Shown in pieces: positions 49,952 through 60,429 of a DNA stretch of 64,000 bases. A program made the position numbers and the translations under genes. Within the stretch, counting starts at the first letter, position 1. Every line of letters begins with the position of its first letter. The DNA is taken from NCBI GenBank assembly GCA_963664225.1, contig OY760937.1:1952001-2016000 (forward strand). The letters run 5' to 3'. The stretch is from Verrucomicrobiia bacterium (GTDB lineage Bacteria > Verrucomicrobiota > Verrucomicrobiia > Limisphaerales > UBA1319). The notes under the pieces are model-generated. The model saw nothing but the letters and a program-made list of their open reading frames with translations, made no database searches and was not told the DNA's origin.

Positions 49952-50344
49952 TCAGACGGTCGGGTGCCATGGCCCCGGGACGAACATTGCTTCATCTTCG
50001 CCCGGCCATGGTGGCATGGTGATGGCGACGACGGATAAGGGTTCGGCTGACGAAGCCCTGAACTGAAATTCAGTACCGAGTGGAATGGTGACGCATACGC
50101 CCGGAACGAGGCTGACGACTTCCTCCCTTGCGGCCTGTCTGCGCCATATTTCGCCCGAGCCAGCGAGGACGTACCAAATCTCCTCGACGGTTCGATGAAC
50201 CACCGCGCGCGCGGTTGTGCCCGCAGGTAATTCGAAGTGGGCCATGCCTCCCCCTTTCAGTCCCAGCAGGACGCGCACATTGGAGCCGTCGGGCGCAACA
50301 ACCGTTGGATCCTGCGGAAGGCGGGTGGTGGAGAAGAGGTTCAT
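49952..50344 (-). CDS. Cupin domain protein
   Basis: VHRTVEEIWYVLAGSGEIW, IPLGTEFQFR. Confidence 0.88.
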   Translation of the reverse strand: MNLFSTTRLPQDPTVVAPDGSNVRVLLGLKGGGMAHFELPAGTTARAVVHRTVEEIWYVLAGSGEIWRRQAAREEVVSLVPGVCVTIPLGTEFQFRASSAEPLSVVAITMPPWPGEDEAMFVPGPWHPTV

Positions 50345-50413
50345 GATGACTGCAGTGAAACCATCACTGACTCTGTGGTGATCGTGTTCTTCATGACAAG
50401 AGCATGAAGTCCG

Positions 50414-50707
50414 TCAATTCGAAGCATCGTCAACCTCATAGTCGCAATCACATGAGAGGGCCTGTCCGCCGCATGCAGCACAACGCTCGACGTCACAACT
50501 AAAAACGTGGAACTGCCCCTTAATCACACGGCAATCGTGGCATGGCTGACGGTCAGCACCCCAGTCTTCAGCCTCTTCGCCATAGCGCACACGAATATGC
50601 TTTTTGCCATTAATGATCACTGTCGGCTGCAACTGCGCCGCTTCGATCTGTTCAGGCCAGCCTTTGATCATTCTTTGTCCATTGTAGGTGACGAACTCCT
50701 GGGCCAT
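50414..50707 (-). CDS. Small Cys-rich hypothetical protein
   Basis: PCHDC...H...CDVERCAACGGQALSCDC. Confidence 0.72.
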   Translation of the reverse strand: MAQEFVTYNGQRMIKGWPEQIEAAQLQPTVIINGKKHIRVRYGEEAEDWGADRQPCHDCRVIKGQFHVFSCDVERCAACGGQALSCDCDYEVDDASN

Positions 50708-50924
50708 ATGAAAACACTGTTGGGAATGCACGCAAATTGAACGGAAATTATCGTTGGATTTTGCATGCGCCCATCTGTCTGCTTCGGATTTCAGATTGAT
50801 TGGCGGCGGCAATGGGGTCAAGAGGGAAATATGGTTTTTGACAGGAGCCACCTTGCCCGCCACATTTCCATTCAATGACATCCCGTTCGAAACGCAATCA
50901 ACCAATGCTGTCATGCGCTTTGAT

Positions 50925-52943
50925 ATGAAAACGACTCGAATTCACTTTGGCCTGTGCCTGCTCCTTGGCGTCACGGTTGCCTTCGCCGCGCCGGATCCAG
51001 TCTGGCAGAATCTTTCCAGCAAACGCGGTGAATTGCCCGCGCCTCCGGGCGGGTCCACGGAGCAAACCGGGGCGGTTGTGGCCGATTTCGACGGCGACGG
51101 CGTGAACGATTTTATCCTGAGTTTCCGTCAGAAGGCGCCTGCGCTGGTCTGGTATCGGCACAATGCCACGGGTTGGGAACAGTATGTGATTGAGAAAGAC
51201 TATCTAACCATCGAGGCCGGTGGCGCGGTCATGGACATCGACGGTGACGGCGACATGGACGTGGTTTTCGGCGGTGACTGGCAGAGCAAGGATGTGTGGT
51301 GGTGGGAGAATCCGTCGCCGAACTTCGACAAGAACACGCCCTGGAAACGGCATCTCATCAAGACCGGCGGCATGACCCAACACCACGATCAGGTCTTCGG
51401 AGATTTCCTGGGCACCGGCAAGCCGCAGCTCGCCTTCTGGAATCAGCAGGCCAAGACCCTGTTCCTGGCGGAAACTCCCGCCGACCCGCGTAACGCTGAG
51501 TCCTGGCCTTTGACTGAAGTGGTTTCGGGAACCAGCAGCGGTTCCACGCCTTATACCGAGGGCATGTCGGCATTTGACATCGACGCGGATGGCAAGGTGG
51601 ATTTGCTCGCCTTCAACACCTGGTACAAGCACACCGGCGGCAAGAGCTTCAAGGCGATCAAACTCTCGGACGTGGGCGGACTCATCTTTGCCGGCTATTT
51701 CAAGCCGTCGAAGTATCCGCAGATCGTCATCTCGCCCGGCGACGGTGACGGTCCCTTGCGTTGGTATGAATGTACAGGCAATCCCGAAAATGCTGCGGAC
51801 TGGAAGTCGCACGATCTGCTCGATCGCGACATCGTTCATGGTCACAGCCTGCAACTCGGCGACATCAACCGCGATGGGCATCTGGATATTTTCGTGGGCG
51901 AGATGGCCAAGTGGCATGAGAAGGAAACCATGCGGGACCATCCTGAGGCCACTGGCTGGGTTTTCTACGGTGACGGCCAGGGGAACTTCACGCGCAAGGA
52001 AGTGGTTGTTGGCCACGGCTGGCATGAAGCCCGGCTGGCGGACCTGGACGGCGACGGCGATCTCGACCTTCTAAATAAACCCTACAATTGGGATGCCCCG
52101 CGCGTGGATGTCTGGCTGAACAATGGCACGCGCGCTGGCGCGAAAGGCGCGGGCACAAGCAAGAGTTTTCACGGGCCGATGGGCATGCAGCTTTACAGCT
52201 TGCGCGATATTCTTGCGACGAACGTGCCCTATGCCCTGCAAATGACCCGCAGCTTTGGGTTTCAAGAAGTTGAACTCGCAGGAACTTATGGACGGACACC
52301 GCAACAATTTCGTGCGGAATTGACCAGGGCCGGGCTCAAACCCGTGTCCTCCATCGTGGATTACAATCTACTGGATACTTCCATGGACCAGGTCATTGCG
52401 GATGCCAAGGCGCTGGGAGTCCAGTATGTCGGCACCGCTGGCATCCCGCACGACGGTCCGTTTACCGAGGCCGATGCGCACAAGACCGCCGCTGATTTTA
52501 ATCGGTTCGGCGAGGCGCTCGCGAAACAGGGCCTCAAATTCTTTTACCATAACCATGGATTCGAATTCGTTCCGAATGGCGACAGCACGCTCTTTGATCT
52601 GATCGTGCAGGAGACGAAGCCGGAATTTGTCAGCTTCGAGATGGACATCTTCTGGACTGTGCATCCGGGTCAGGATCCGGTGAAACTGCTTCAAAAATAC
52701 CCGAATCGCTGGGCATTGATGCATGTGAAAGACATGCGCAAGGGGACCAAGACGGGCCTGCTCACCGGCAGCGAAGACGTGCGGAATGACGTGGCCATCG
52801 GCTTAGGTCAGATCGATACCACGGCGGTGCTTAAGGCCGCTCAGGAAGTTGGCGTGAAGCACTATTTCATCGAGGACGAGTCGCCATCCACGATCGTTCA
52901 GATCCCGCAATCGATGCGGTATTTGGAATCTCTGGCGTGGTGA
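50925..52943 (+). CDS. FG-GAP/VCBS repeat protein fused to a sugar-phosphate isomerase/epimerase TIM barrel
   Basis: Repeated DxDGDGxxD motifs; C-terminal GMQLYSLR, YHNHGFEF, EMDIFW, HVKD. Confidence 0.88.
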   Translation: MKTTRIHFGLCLLLGVTVAFAAPDPVWQNLSSKRGELPAPPGGSTEQTGAVVADFDGDGVNDFILSFRQKAPALVWYRHNATGWEQYVIEKDYLTIEAGGAVMDIDGDGDMDVVFGGDWQSKDVWWWENPSPNFDKNTPWKRHLIKTGGMTQHHDQVFGDFLGTGKPQLAFWNQQAKTLFLAETPADPRNAESWPLTEVVSGTSSGSTPYTEGMSAFDIDADGKVDLLAFNTWYKHTGGKSFKAIKLSDVGGLIFAGYFKPSKYPQIVISPGDGDGPLRWYECTGNPENAADWKSHDLLDRDIVHGHSLQLGDINRDGHLDIFVGEMAKWHEKETMRDHPEATGWVFYGDGQGNFTRKEVVVGHGWHEARLADLDGDGDLDLLNKPYNWDAPRVDVWLNNGTRAGAKGAGTSKSFHGPMGMQLYSLRDILATNVPYALQMTRSFGFQEVELAGTYGRTPQQFRAELTRAGLKPVSSIVDYNLLDTSMDQVIADAKALGVQYVGTAGIPHDGPFTEADAHKTAADFNRFGEALAKQGLKFFYHNHGFEFVPNGDSTLFDLIVQETKPEFVSFEMDIFWTVHPGQDPVKLLQKYPNRWALMHVKDMRKGTKTGLLTGSEDVRNDVAIGLGQIDTTAVLKAAQEVGVKHYFIEDESPSTIVQIPQSMRYLESLAW

Positions 52944-53091
52944 TGCTGCCGCATGCGAAAGCGATCTCAACAGGGAGATCAAGCACGATGAAACTCCTGT
53001 AGCCGGGCGTAAAGTAAGATTCTGCTGCAAACGAAAAATGCCCCTGAAAGGTCAGGGGAGTATGCAGGTCTGGATGGATCTGTGCGGAGAT

Positions 53092-53159
53092 GGCTCGGCG
53101 GGAGCCTCGCCCTACCGAGTGCAGGGCCGATGACGGCTCGGCGGGAGCCTCGCCCTACC
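53092..53159. repeat. REP-like pair (GGCTCGGCGGGAGCCTCGCCCTACC)
   Basis: Two copies here, a third near 56560-56585. Confidence 0.8.
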
Positions 53160-53166
53160 GGATTAG

Positions 53167-56019
53167 TTACTGTTTTGGAATCTGGTCCCTGGCCGCTGGC
53201 GCATCGTCGTCCGAAGATACCCGATTTCCTGCCGGATCAATGAGCTTTGGCGTAACAAAGACGACCAGTATCTTCTTCCCGTCTCGTTTTTCGATCTGGC
53301 GGATGTAATCGGCCACACGTGCATCCCGTTGTTTGTCCGGCGCGCCGAGTAATACTTGTTCTGGTTTCGGAAACAGAACCTGGGTCTGGCCGTCATACAA
53401 TTGAGTGTGCGCGGCCTTGGTGCGCAATCGGACGGCAGGCATGGAATTGGTGACAGCCTGAGGGGCCATGTTCGTGCCATCGGCGTAACCCAGAAACTCC
53501 GTCACTGAGGCAATGGCTCGCAGATCAATCGTGTAGCCGTCGGATAGGATTTCGGCAATCACGTCCATACCAGCCCCTGTCTTAATTCTTTCATAATGCA
53601 ACGCAGTTGCGATGGACGGGCTGGAATTATCCTTTGTAGGAACTGAATTGGTCAGGGCGGTGTCAATCTGTGTTGACTGTATTTGCGCCTGCATGCCGGC
53701 AAGGGTCGTCACGTTCGGCATGGCCAGCACGTCAACACCTGGTTGCGCCTTGAGGCGTTTTATGAGCGCGCTGGCTTCCACCTCTGTCAAAATGCCCGTT
53801 CCGTTGGTCATGCCCGCAGGCAGGGGATTTCCAGCGACACTGGTGAAAAAGCTTTCCGGCACTTCCACGAACTGGCCGGTTATGTTTATCTGTGGCGGCG
53901 CATAGTTGAGCGTCTGAACCGCTTGTTCGATGGCACCGAGATCAGATGAAGTTGACTTGACCAATAGCAGGCCATTGCGGTCATTGAAGAAAACGGATTT
54001 GCCTGCGGTTGAATTCAAATCGATGCCGAGAAGATCGACCATAAACTTCCGCACCATGGCACTCGTGGCTGCAGGAGAATTTGTAGTCTTAACGCTCCTG
54101 GCTTCGGCATGGTCCATTCGCTCCAGGCTCGAAAGAAAGGTATTGGGATCCACCTTGAATTGCCTGGAATAAAGATTTGTCGTTTCCGAGTCCGTTGCCG
54201 GAGTGGAAACACTTCCCTCGAGCGCATACCCATGCAGCTTTTGCGCGACGCTGTTGACCAGCGCCAGTTGCTCTCCCGTGCCCCGTGCAAACATGAATCC
54301 ATTGTTCAGATAAAGGAAAGCCGTCGGTGGCGTTCTGACGCCGGAATCAAGCATCAATTGATTCAAGCGTTCCTCTGGCACACCGGCATCCAGTCTGAAC
54401 TTCATCGACGTGGCATTCCTGACCGTCTTATCCATCATGATTTGGACGCCGATCACCACCACGATCATTTTGCCGGGGTCGGAACCGCGCAGGTTTTCGT
54501 TGCGGATGACAATGCCTCCCTGATCTTCCGCCGAGGCCTTCGCGTTGAATTGATTTGTGATCGCGCCCGTGGCCGGGGTGTCAACGACGCTGCCTTGAAT
54601 CGCCAGATCGATATTGCCGCCCTTCACGAACGGGCTGCAGGCAAACTCAATGCCGTTGGTCTCGTTGCCGACAAACATTGTGGCGGGAACACCACTCGAA
54701 GTCTGGATGCGCGGTTTGGTCATGGGTTGGAGGCCAGACCTATCCAACTTTTTCAGCAGTTCACCGAATTTCTCCCGTGATGCGGCCCACCATGCGCTGT
54801 TAGTATCGACTCCTTGATTGAATTTGAGGGTCGAAGTCATTTTTTCAAAATCGGCGGAGCGCATCTCGTAGATTCGCGCGTTGATCAAAACAATATCGGA
54901 CTGCGCTTTGCGCGCTGAGGGCTGCGGTTGTCCGGGCCTGGCGGCGGATGGCGTTTGTTTTGCTGCCGGAGTCGGCGCTTCGCCCATTGGAAGGGCCACG
55001 GCGCTGAAGACAAAGATGCCGAACAGGGACGCGAAGGTCAGACCGGCCTTGCGTGGAGCGTGGAAATCCACGAGCCGCTCAATGCGCTGGCGCAGGGCGC
55101 TCCGCGATTCCATGATCCCGACCAGTCCCAGGCTCATCAGGGGACGTTGGAAGGCGAGCTTCGCCACTTCGAGCAACGTCGGCGCATAGGTCTCCGCGTC
55201 CTCGCGCAAGGCCAGCATCACCGCATCGTCCACCGCCTCTTCGCGCAAGCGGCGCATCCGCGCGTTGGCCAACCACAGCAGCGGATGCCACCAGTAGGCA
55301 ATTTGCAGCAACGCCTGCGCGCAGTTCACCCAGACATCCCTGCGGCGCAGGTGAAATAGTTCATGCAAAAGCACGGCCCGTAATTGCGCGGCGGAAATAT
55401 TGTCCAGCAATGTGCGCGGCAACAGAATCACAGGGCGGATCAAACCGCACACTGCGGGGGACATCCGGCCTTCGACAATTTTCAAGCGTGCGGTTGACCG
55501 AAAACCAGCGAGCTGTCGGGCATTTTCGAGTGCGTCTGAATATTCGTTTGAAGCTCCTGCCCCACGAACCTTTCGTGCGACGTGCCACCAATTCTTTGCC
55601 AGCCACAGCAGCAAAGCCAGACTCACCGCGCACGAAACGAGCAGCGCCCAACCCGCACTGCTCAACGGCGCCGGCACGGCTTCTGGAATGGGAATCGTTT
55701 GTGGAGCCAAATCTGGTTGCGGCGTCGCTTTACCGTAAGTCACGACGTATTGGGGCGTGACCGGGGCGTTGACGGCTGGTTTGGTCGGAGTCAGCCACCA
55801 TGCCGCGCCGGTCGGCAGGGCAAGCGTTGGGGGCAACAGCAATTTCACCAACACCGCCATCCAGAGCGCGTAGCGAATGGAGGCGCGCATTTTTCGCGCC
55901 AGTGAGACATCCAGTGCGAAGACAAAAGCGATCAGCAAGCTGGATTGCCAAAACATCGGCCAGGCGAAGTGGAAAAACTGCCCGCCGAAATGGTTCAGGG
56001 TTTCGATGGAGGAATTCAT
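53167..56019 (-). CDS. BlaR1/MecR1-type M56 metallopeptidase with secretin-like C-terminal region
   Basis: SPAVCG, HELFH, WWHPL, REEAVD; C-terminal QINITGQFVE, VLAMPNVTT, LVVFVTPKLI. Confidence 0.88.
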   Translation of the reverse strand: MNSSIETLNHFGGQFFHFAWPMFWQSSLLIAFVFALDVSLARKMRASIRYALWMAVLVKLLLPPTLALPTGAAWWLTPTKPAVNAPVTPQYVVTYGKATPQPDLAPQTIPIPEAVPAPLSSAGWALLVSCAVSLALLLWLAKNWWHVARKVRGAGASNEYSDALENARQLAGFRSTARLKIVEGRMSPAVCGLIRPVILLPRTLLDNISAAQLRAVLLHELFHLRRRDVWVNCAQALLQIAYWWHPLLWLANARMRRLREEAVDDAVMLALREDAETYAPTLLEVAKLAFQRPLMSLGLVGIMESRSALRQRIERLVDFHAPRKAGLTFASLFGIFVFSAVALPMGEAPTPAAKQTPSAARPGQPQPSARKAQSDIVLINARIYEMRSADFEKMTSTLKFNQGVDTNSAWWAASREKFGELLKKLDRSGLQPMTKPRIQTSSGVPATMFVGNETNGIEFACSPFVKGGNIDLAIQGSVVDTPATGAITNQFNAKASAEDQGGIVIRNENLRGSDPGKMIVVVIGVQIMMDKTVRNATSMKFRLDAGVPEERLNQLMLDSGVRTPPTAFLYLNNGFMFARGTGEQLALVNSVAQKLHGYALEGSVSTPATDSETTNLYSRQFKVDPNTFLSSLERMDHAEARSVKTTNSPAATSAMVRKFMVDLLGIDLNSTAGKSVFFNDRNGLLLVKSTSSDLGAIEQAVQTLNYAPPQINITGQFVEVPESFFTSVAGNPLPAGMTNGTGILTEVEASALIKRLKAQPGVDVLAMPNVTTLAGMQAQIQSTQIDTALTNSVPTKDNSSPSIATALHYERIKTGAGMDVIAEILSDGYTIDLRAIASVTEFLGYADGTNMAPQAVTNSMPAVRLRTKAAHTQLYDGQTQVLFPKPEQVLLGAPDKQRDARVADYIRQIEKRDGKKILVVFVTPKLIDPAGNRVSSDDDAPAARDQIPKQ

Positions 56020-56035
56020 AAGCGCGGTTCGATGA

Positions 56036-56422
56036 TTATTTCGCGGACTTTTTCCTGGCTTCGATCAGCGCCTCCAGTTGGGCCAGTTCCCCGGCGTTGA
56101 TGTCGTTGTTTTCCAGCAGGCACTGCACCATGGGTGTGAGCGCGCCGTTGAAGGCGTTCTTGAGCGCATAGAGCAATTCGCCTTGCTGGGCCTGCGCGCG
56201 CGTGACGATTGAATTGTAAATCGTCATCCTGCCTTCCTTCTTCGCCGCAAGCACGCCCTTGACGACCATGCGATCCATCACCGTGCGCACGGTCGAGTAA
56301 GTCCATTGGGTGGCCTTGAAGAGTTTCTCTTGAATGGTGGGCGCGGTGCAGGGCTCATTCTCCCAAACGGCCTTGATGACGGACCATTCCGCCTGAGTTA
56401 ATTCGACAACGGGCTTGGACAT
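56036..56422 (-). CDS. BlaI/MecI/CopY family repressor
   Basis: LTQAEWSVIKAVW, WTYSTVRTVMDRMVVKG; adjacent to the M56 gene. Confidence 0.92.
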   Translation of the reverse strand: MSKPVVELTQAEWSVIKAVWENEPCTAPTIQEKLFKATQWTYSTVRTVMDRMVVKGVLAAKKEGRMTIYNSIVTRAQAQQGELLYALKNAFNGALTPMVQCLLENNDINAGELAQLEALIEARKKSAK

Positions 56423-56434
56423 GAGGGGAGTATC

Positions 56435-56479
56435 TCTACAAATGTAGATGAGTGCAAGCGCAATCTTTACAAATGTAGA
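56435..56479. promoter_or_regulatory. Two BlaI/CopY-type operators
   Basis: TCTACAAATGTAGA (56435-56448) and TTTACAAATGTAGA (56466-56479) fit TACA-N2-TGTA; the first lies between -35 TTGCAC and -10 GATACT on the minus strand. Confidence 0.88.
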
Positions 56480-56688
56480 TATATGGAAGACACCGGGTGC
56501 GAGCCCCGGACATTTCAAGAGGTGCGGTTGTGACCGAGGGTCACGGCGGTGAGGAGGAAGGCTCGGCTGGAGCCTCGCCCTACCGGGTCAGTTCTTGAGA
56601 TGGAACGTGGTCCCTGGGAATTCGTATTTTCTGAGGAGCTGTCATTGACATAGGGCGGGGAGGTTCCTATAAATTCCCGAAATCTACT

Positions 56689-58632
56689 ATGCAAAGCATA
56701 CAACTGGGCACCATCGATTTTGCCATTTTGGCAATCTATGTCGTTTTTGTGGTCGGGATCGGGTTCGCACTTAAGCGATACATGAAGAGCTCGGCGGACT
56801 TTTTGATGTCCGGCCGGTCGATTCCCGCCTGGGTGACGGGCCTGGCGTTTATTTCCGCCAATCTCGGGGCGCTGGAACTGGTGGGAATGGCCGCCAGCGG
56901 CGCGAAATACGGTATTGCGACCTGCCATTTCTACTGGGTGGGGGCGATTCCGGCGATGATCTTCCTGGCGGTATTCATGATGCCGTTCTATTACGGGTCG
57001 AAGGCGCGATCGGTGCCGGAATACCTGAAGATGCGCTTTGACGAGCGGACGCGATGCTTCAATTCGCTGACGTTTGCGGTGATGACGGTGTTCGCGTCGG
57101 GTATTTCGATGAACGCGCTGTCGAAGCTGCTCAACCAACTCCTGGGCTGGGACTACAATATGAGCCTGTGGATTTGCTCGGCGGTGGTGCTGCTCTATGT
57201 GCTCAAAGGTGGTTTGACTTCAGCCATTTACACGGAAGTGCTTCAGTTCTTCATGATCGTGCTCGGTTTTGCCCCGGTGGTGTTTCTGGGTCTCAAGGAT
57301 GTGGGTGGATGGGATGTGCTGAAGACGAATCTGGCCACGGTGGCGCAAAACCCGGTGGCGCTGGGCCTGGCGGATCATGCGGGCAAGGCGTATGCGAGCG
57401 ATGCCTGGACCAGCGCATGGAAGCCGCTGCTGGGCGGGCCCACGGCGAACCCGATGGGTGTGGATTTGTTCGCGATGATGTTCGGTCTGGGTTTTGTGCT
57501 CTCCTTTGGATATTGGTGCACGAACTTCCTGGTGGTGCAACGGGCCATGGCCGCCAAGAACATGACGGCGGCGCGCCGCACTCCGCTGATTGCCGCGGTG
57601 CCCAAAATGATTTTCCCGGTGCTGGTGATTCTGCCCGGCATGCTCGCGTTGTCGCTGGCCCTGACGGGCAAGGATGGTTATCGCCTGCCTCCCAAACGGA
57701 TGGATACGGCCATGTATCAGAAGGCCATACCGGCCATCAAGGATGCGGCCGCGAAGGAATTGAAGGGTGAGGCGGCGGTGCAGGCGGTTTCGGCCGCGGT
57801 GGGAATGAAAATGCTGCCTGAGAAGGTGGAAGCGCTGATTAAAACCGCGCCGACGATGGCGGATAAGGATTTGAAGGATGGATTGCAGAACGCGGTGGCT
57901 GAAATCGACTACGACGGGGTGATTTTGTCGCTGGTCAAAAAATACTGCCCATCGGGTCTGCTGGGACTGGCGTTGACGGCGCTGCTGGCGTCGTTCATGT
58001 CCGGCATGGCGGGCAACGTGACGGCGTTCAACACGGTATGGACCTACGATCTTTACCAGGCCTACATCGCCAAGAATAAGAGCGATGAGCATTACATGTG
58101 GATGGGCCGGGCGATCACGGTGGTCGGGGTGCTATTGAGTATTGCCTGCGCCTATTTCGCGAGCAATTACTCCAACGCAATGGATATCGTGCAGTTGGTC
58201 TTCGGCTTCGTAAACGCCCCGTTGTTTGCAACGTTCCTGCTGGGAATGTTCTGGGCCCGCACCACAAGCCACGGCGCATTTTTCGGATTGCTGGGCGGCA
58301 CAACGACATCGGCATTGTTCCATGCGCTCACGATCGCCGCAGGCAATGCGCCAGGCGTCAAAGGCGGTTACCTGGGCGTTCAACAGACGTTTCCGAGCGA
58401 GATGGCGCAGAACTTCTGGCTGGCCAGTTGCGCCTTCGGAGTTTGCTTCCTGCTGACGTTTTTCATTTCGCTGGCGACCAAGCGGACCAAGACCAACGAA
58501 GAACTCAAGGGTTTGGTCTATTCGCTGACGCCCAAGATCGTTGTGAGCGAGCAGGCGTGGTATCTGCGTCCGGCGGTGCTGGGCCTGGTGCTGCTTTTCT
58601 GCTGCGTGGTGTTGAACGTTATTTTCTGGTAA
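56689..58632 (+). CDS. Sodium:solute symporter family protein
   Basis: SVPEYLKMRFD, GGLTSAIYT, VVQRAMAAK, many TM helices. Confidence 0.93.
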   Translation: MQSIQLGTIDFAILAIYVVFVVGIGFALKRYMKSSADFLMSGRSIPAWVTGLAFISANLGALELVGMAASGAKYGIATCHFYWVGAIPAMIFLAVFMMPFYYGSKARSVPEYLKMRFDERTRCFNSLTFAVMTVFASGISMNALSKLLNQLLGWDYNMSLWICSAVVLLYVLKGGLTSAIYTEVLQFFMIVLGFAPVVFLGLKDVGGWDVLKTNLATVAQNPVALGLADHAGKAYASDAWTSAWKPLLGGPTANPMGVDLFAMMFGLGFVLSFGYWCTNFLVVQRAMAAKNMTAARRTPLIAAVPKMIFPVLVILPGMLALSLALTGKDGYRLPPKRMDTAMYQKAIPAIKDAAAKELKGEAAVQAVSAAVGMKMLPEKVEALIKTAPTMADKDLKDGLQNAVAEIDYDGVILSLVKKYCPSGLLGLALTALLASFMSGMAGNVTAFNTVWTYDLYQAYIAKNKSDEHYMWMGRAITVVGVLLSIACAYFASNYSNAMDIVQLVFGFVNAPLFATFLLGMFWARTTSHGAFFGLLGGTTTSALFHALTIAAGNAPGVKGGYLGVQQTFPSEMAQNFWLASCAFGVCFLLTFFISLATKRTKTNEELKGLVYSLTPKIVVSEQAWYLRPAVLGLVLLFCCVVLNVIFW

Positions 58633-58671
58633 TCAGACAGCCAGACAACCTTAAAGAATTGGAATTAATTT

Positions 58672-58908
58672 ATGGGACTCGATATTCGCCTGCCGATAGG
58701 GCTGATGTTTACGCTGATTGGCGTGCTGCTGGTGATTCAGGGATTTATCACGCAGAACGATGCCGAGATGTATAAGCGCTCGCTGGGCTCAAACATCAAT
58801 TTGATCTGGGGCGGTTTTCTGCTGTGCTTCGGCGTGTTCATGCTGGTGCTCGCATGGTTTGGGGCCAAGGCCGCCAAAGAGCAGGCTCCGGACACAAACA
58901 GGAAGTAA
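58672..58908 (+). CDS. Small two-TM protein downstream of the symporter
   Basis: MGLDIRLPIGLMF...NINLIWG. Confidence 0.8.
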   Translation: MGLDIRLPIGLMFTLIGVLLVIQGFITQNDAEMYKRSLGSNINLIWGGFLLCFGVFMLVLAWFGAKAAKEQAPDTNRK

Positions 58909-59120
58909 TCAGGCAGCCAGTCGCCGTCGCAGAACTCCGGCTGCCCTGAATGCAGGACAAAAGTCTTCTGAAAGGAAGAGGTCAAAAGGCAGACTCTCGC
59001 TTGATCTGGTTGATGGAGGTATGGGGCTGAGGCCCCGCACCCTCTGCTGGCGCTACGAGGAAGGCAAACAACCTGCCCTATCGAACTTTGTGCGCGCCGT
59101 GGTGACAACGGCGGAATGCT

Positions 59121-60140
59121 TCAATACGTCTTCACCGCTTTTTTCAATGTCGTTTCGAGCTGGCGCAGGTCGTTGGGCAGTTCAGCCGTCCAGGTCATGG
59201 GCTTGCCGGGATGATCCGGGTGTTCGAGGCTGATGGTTTGGGCATGCAAAGCCTGACGCGGAAAATCAACCAGCGCGCGGGCGGAATCCGATCCGCGATA
59301 GACCGGATTGTAGGTGCGGTCCCCGACCAGGGGCAGTCCGGCATGGGCGGCCTGGACGCGGATTTGATGTTTCCGGCCGGTCTCCAGCCGGAGACGCAGT
59401 TTGGTGACAAAACCTTTCCCGCCGGCCAGCGGATATTCCGCAAGCACTTCGTAATGCGTGATGGCCTCGCGGACTTCGGCCTCCGGCACCTTCTTGAGCT
59501 GCTCTTCCAAAATCACATGCTGCCGCAATTCGTCCCGGCTCAATTGCAGCCATTGCCGCCAGGTGCCGCTGGGTGTGGACGGACGTCCCTCCACAAACGC
59601 CACATATTCGCGCCGCATGGAATGGACCTTCAACTGCTCGATGAGTTGGCGCCGCGCGGCGGGATTCATGGCCATGCAAAGAACGCCCGTCGTGTATTGG
59701 TCAAGGCGGTGAACCGGCGAGGGGCGCAGCCGTTGATAGGCGGGCGGCAATGACCTTCCCGCGACGCCGCGGGTTTGGGCTTTCATCTTCCCGGCCAGAA
59801 AATCTGCGAGGATGCCCAGCGCGGAAAGATCGCAATTCGATGCCGGCACGGAAATGAGACCCGCCCCCTTGTTGACGATGGCGAGCGCGGAATCCAGATA
59901 CAGCAGCGAAACGCGCGGATGAATCTGCCAGCCGGAATCAAGCGTCAGTGTCGTGGCATGACGATCACGCAGCTCCAGGGTGTCCCCCGGATCCGCCATG
60001 GTTTGATGCGGTTTGCGAATTATGACGCCGTTGACGCTGACCCGCCCGGCCGCAATCCATTGTTTGGCGCGGCTTTTTGGCGTTTCGGGGAATTTCCGCA
60101 ACAACCAATCCAACAGGGGGCTGACCGGGGGTGTATCCAT
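59121..60140 (-). CDS. RluA-family pseudouridine synthase with S4-like N-terminus
   Basis: VNKGAGL, VHRLDQYTTG, TGRKHQIR, GDRTY, ALHA. Confidence 0.92.
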   Translation of the reverse strand: MDTPPVSPLLDWLLRKFPETPKSRAKQWIAAGRVSVNGVIIRKPHQTMADPGDTLELRDRHATTLTLDSGWQIHPRVSLLYLDSALAIVNKGAGLISVPASNCDLSALGILADFLAGKMKAQTRGVAGRSLPPAYQRLRPSPVHRLDQYTTGVLCMAMNPAARRQLIEQLKVHSMRREYVAFVEGRPSTPSGTWRQWLQLSRDELRQHVILEEQLKKVPEAEVREAITHYEVLAEYPLAGGKGFVTKLRLRLETGRKHQIRVQAAHAGLPLVGDRTYNPVYRGSDSARALVDFPRQALHAQTISLEHPDHPGKPMTWTAELPNDLRQLETTLKKAVKTY

Positions 60141-60156
60141 GAAGCAAGGCCAAAGG

Positions 60157-60399
60157 CTAAGAAGGCTTCTGGTATTGAGCTTTTTCCCCGATGAACCAGT
60201 CTTCGACTTTTTCACGCGCCCAGGGTGTTTTACGTAAAAACGTGAGACTCGACTTCACTGAAGGATTGAACTGAAAACAGCGGATGGGAATGCGCCGCGC
60301 CATCTCACTCCAGCCATGGCGCTGAACGAGCTGGTTTAGGATGCTCTCCAGCGTGATGCCGTGCAGGGGATCACGGGGATTGGAACCGGGCGATGTCAT
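60157..60399 (-). CDS. VF530/DUF2132 family protein
   Basis: [30 protein letters not shown]. Confidence 0.9.
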   Translation of the reverse strand: MTSPGSNPRDPLHGITLESILNQLVQRHGWSEMARRIPIRCFQFNPSVKSSLTFLRKTPWAREKVEDWFIGEKAQYQKPS

Positions 60400-60429
60400 A
60401 ATACTTGAGCTTTATGAGAAATCCGCAGG

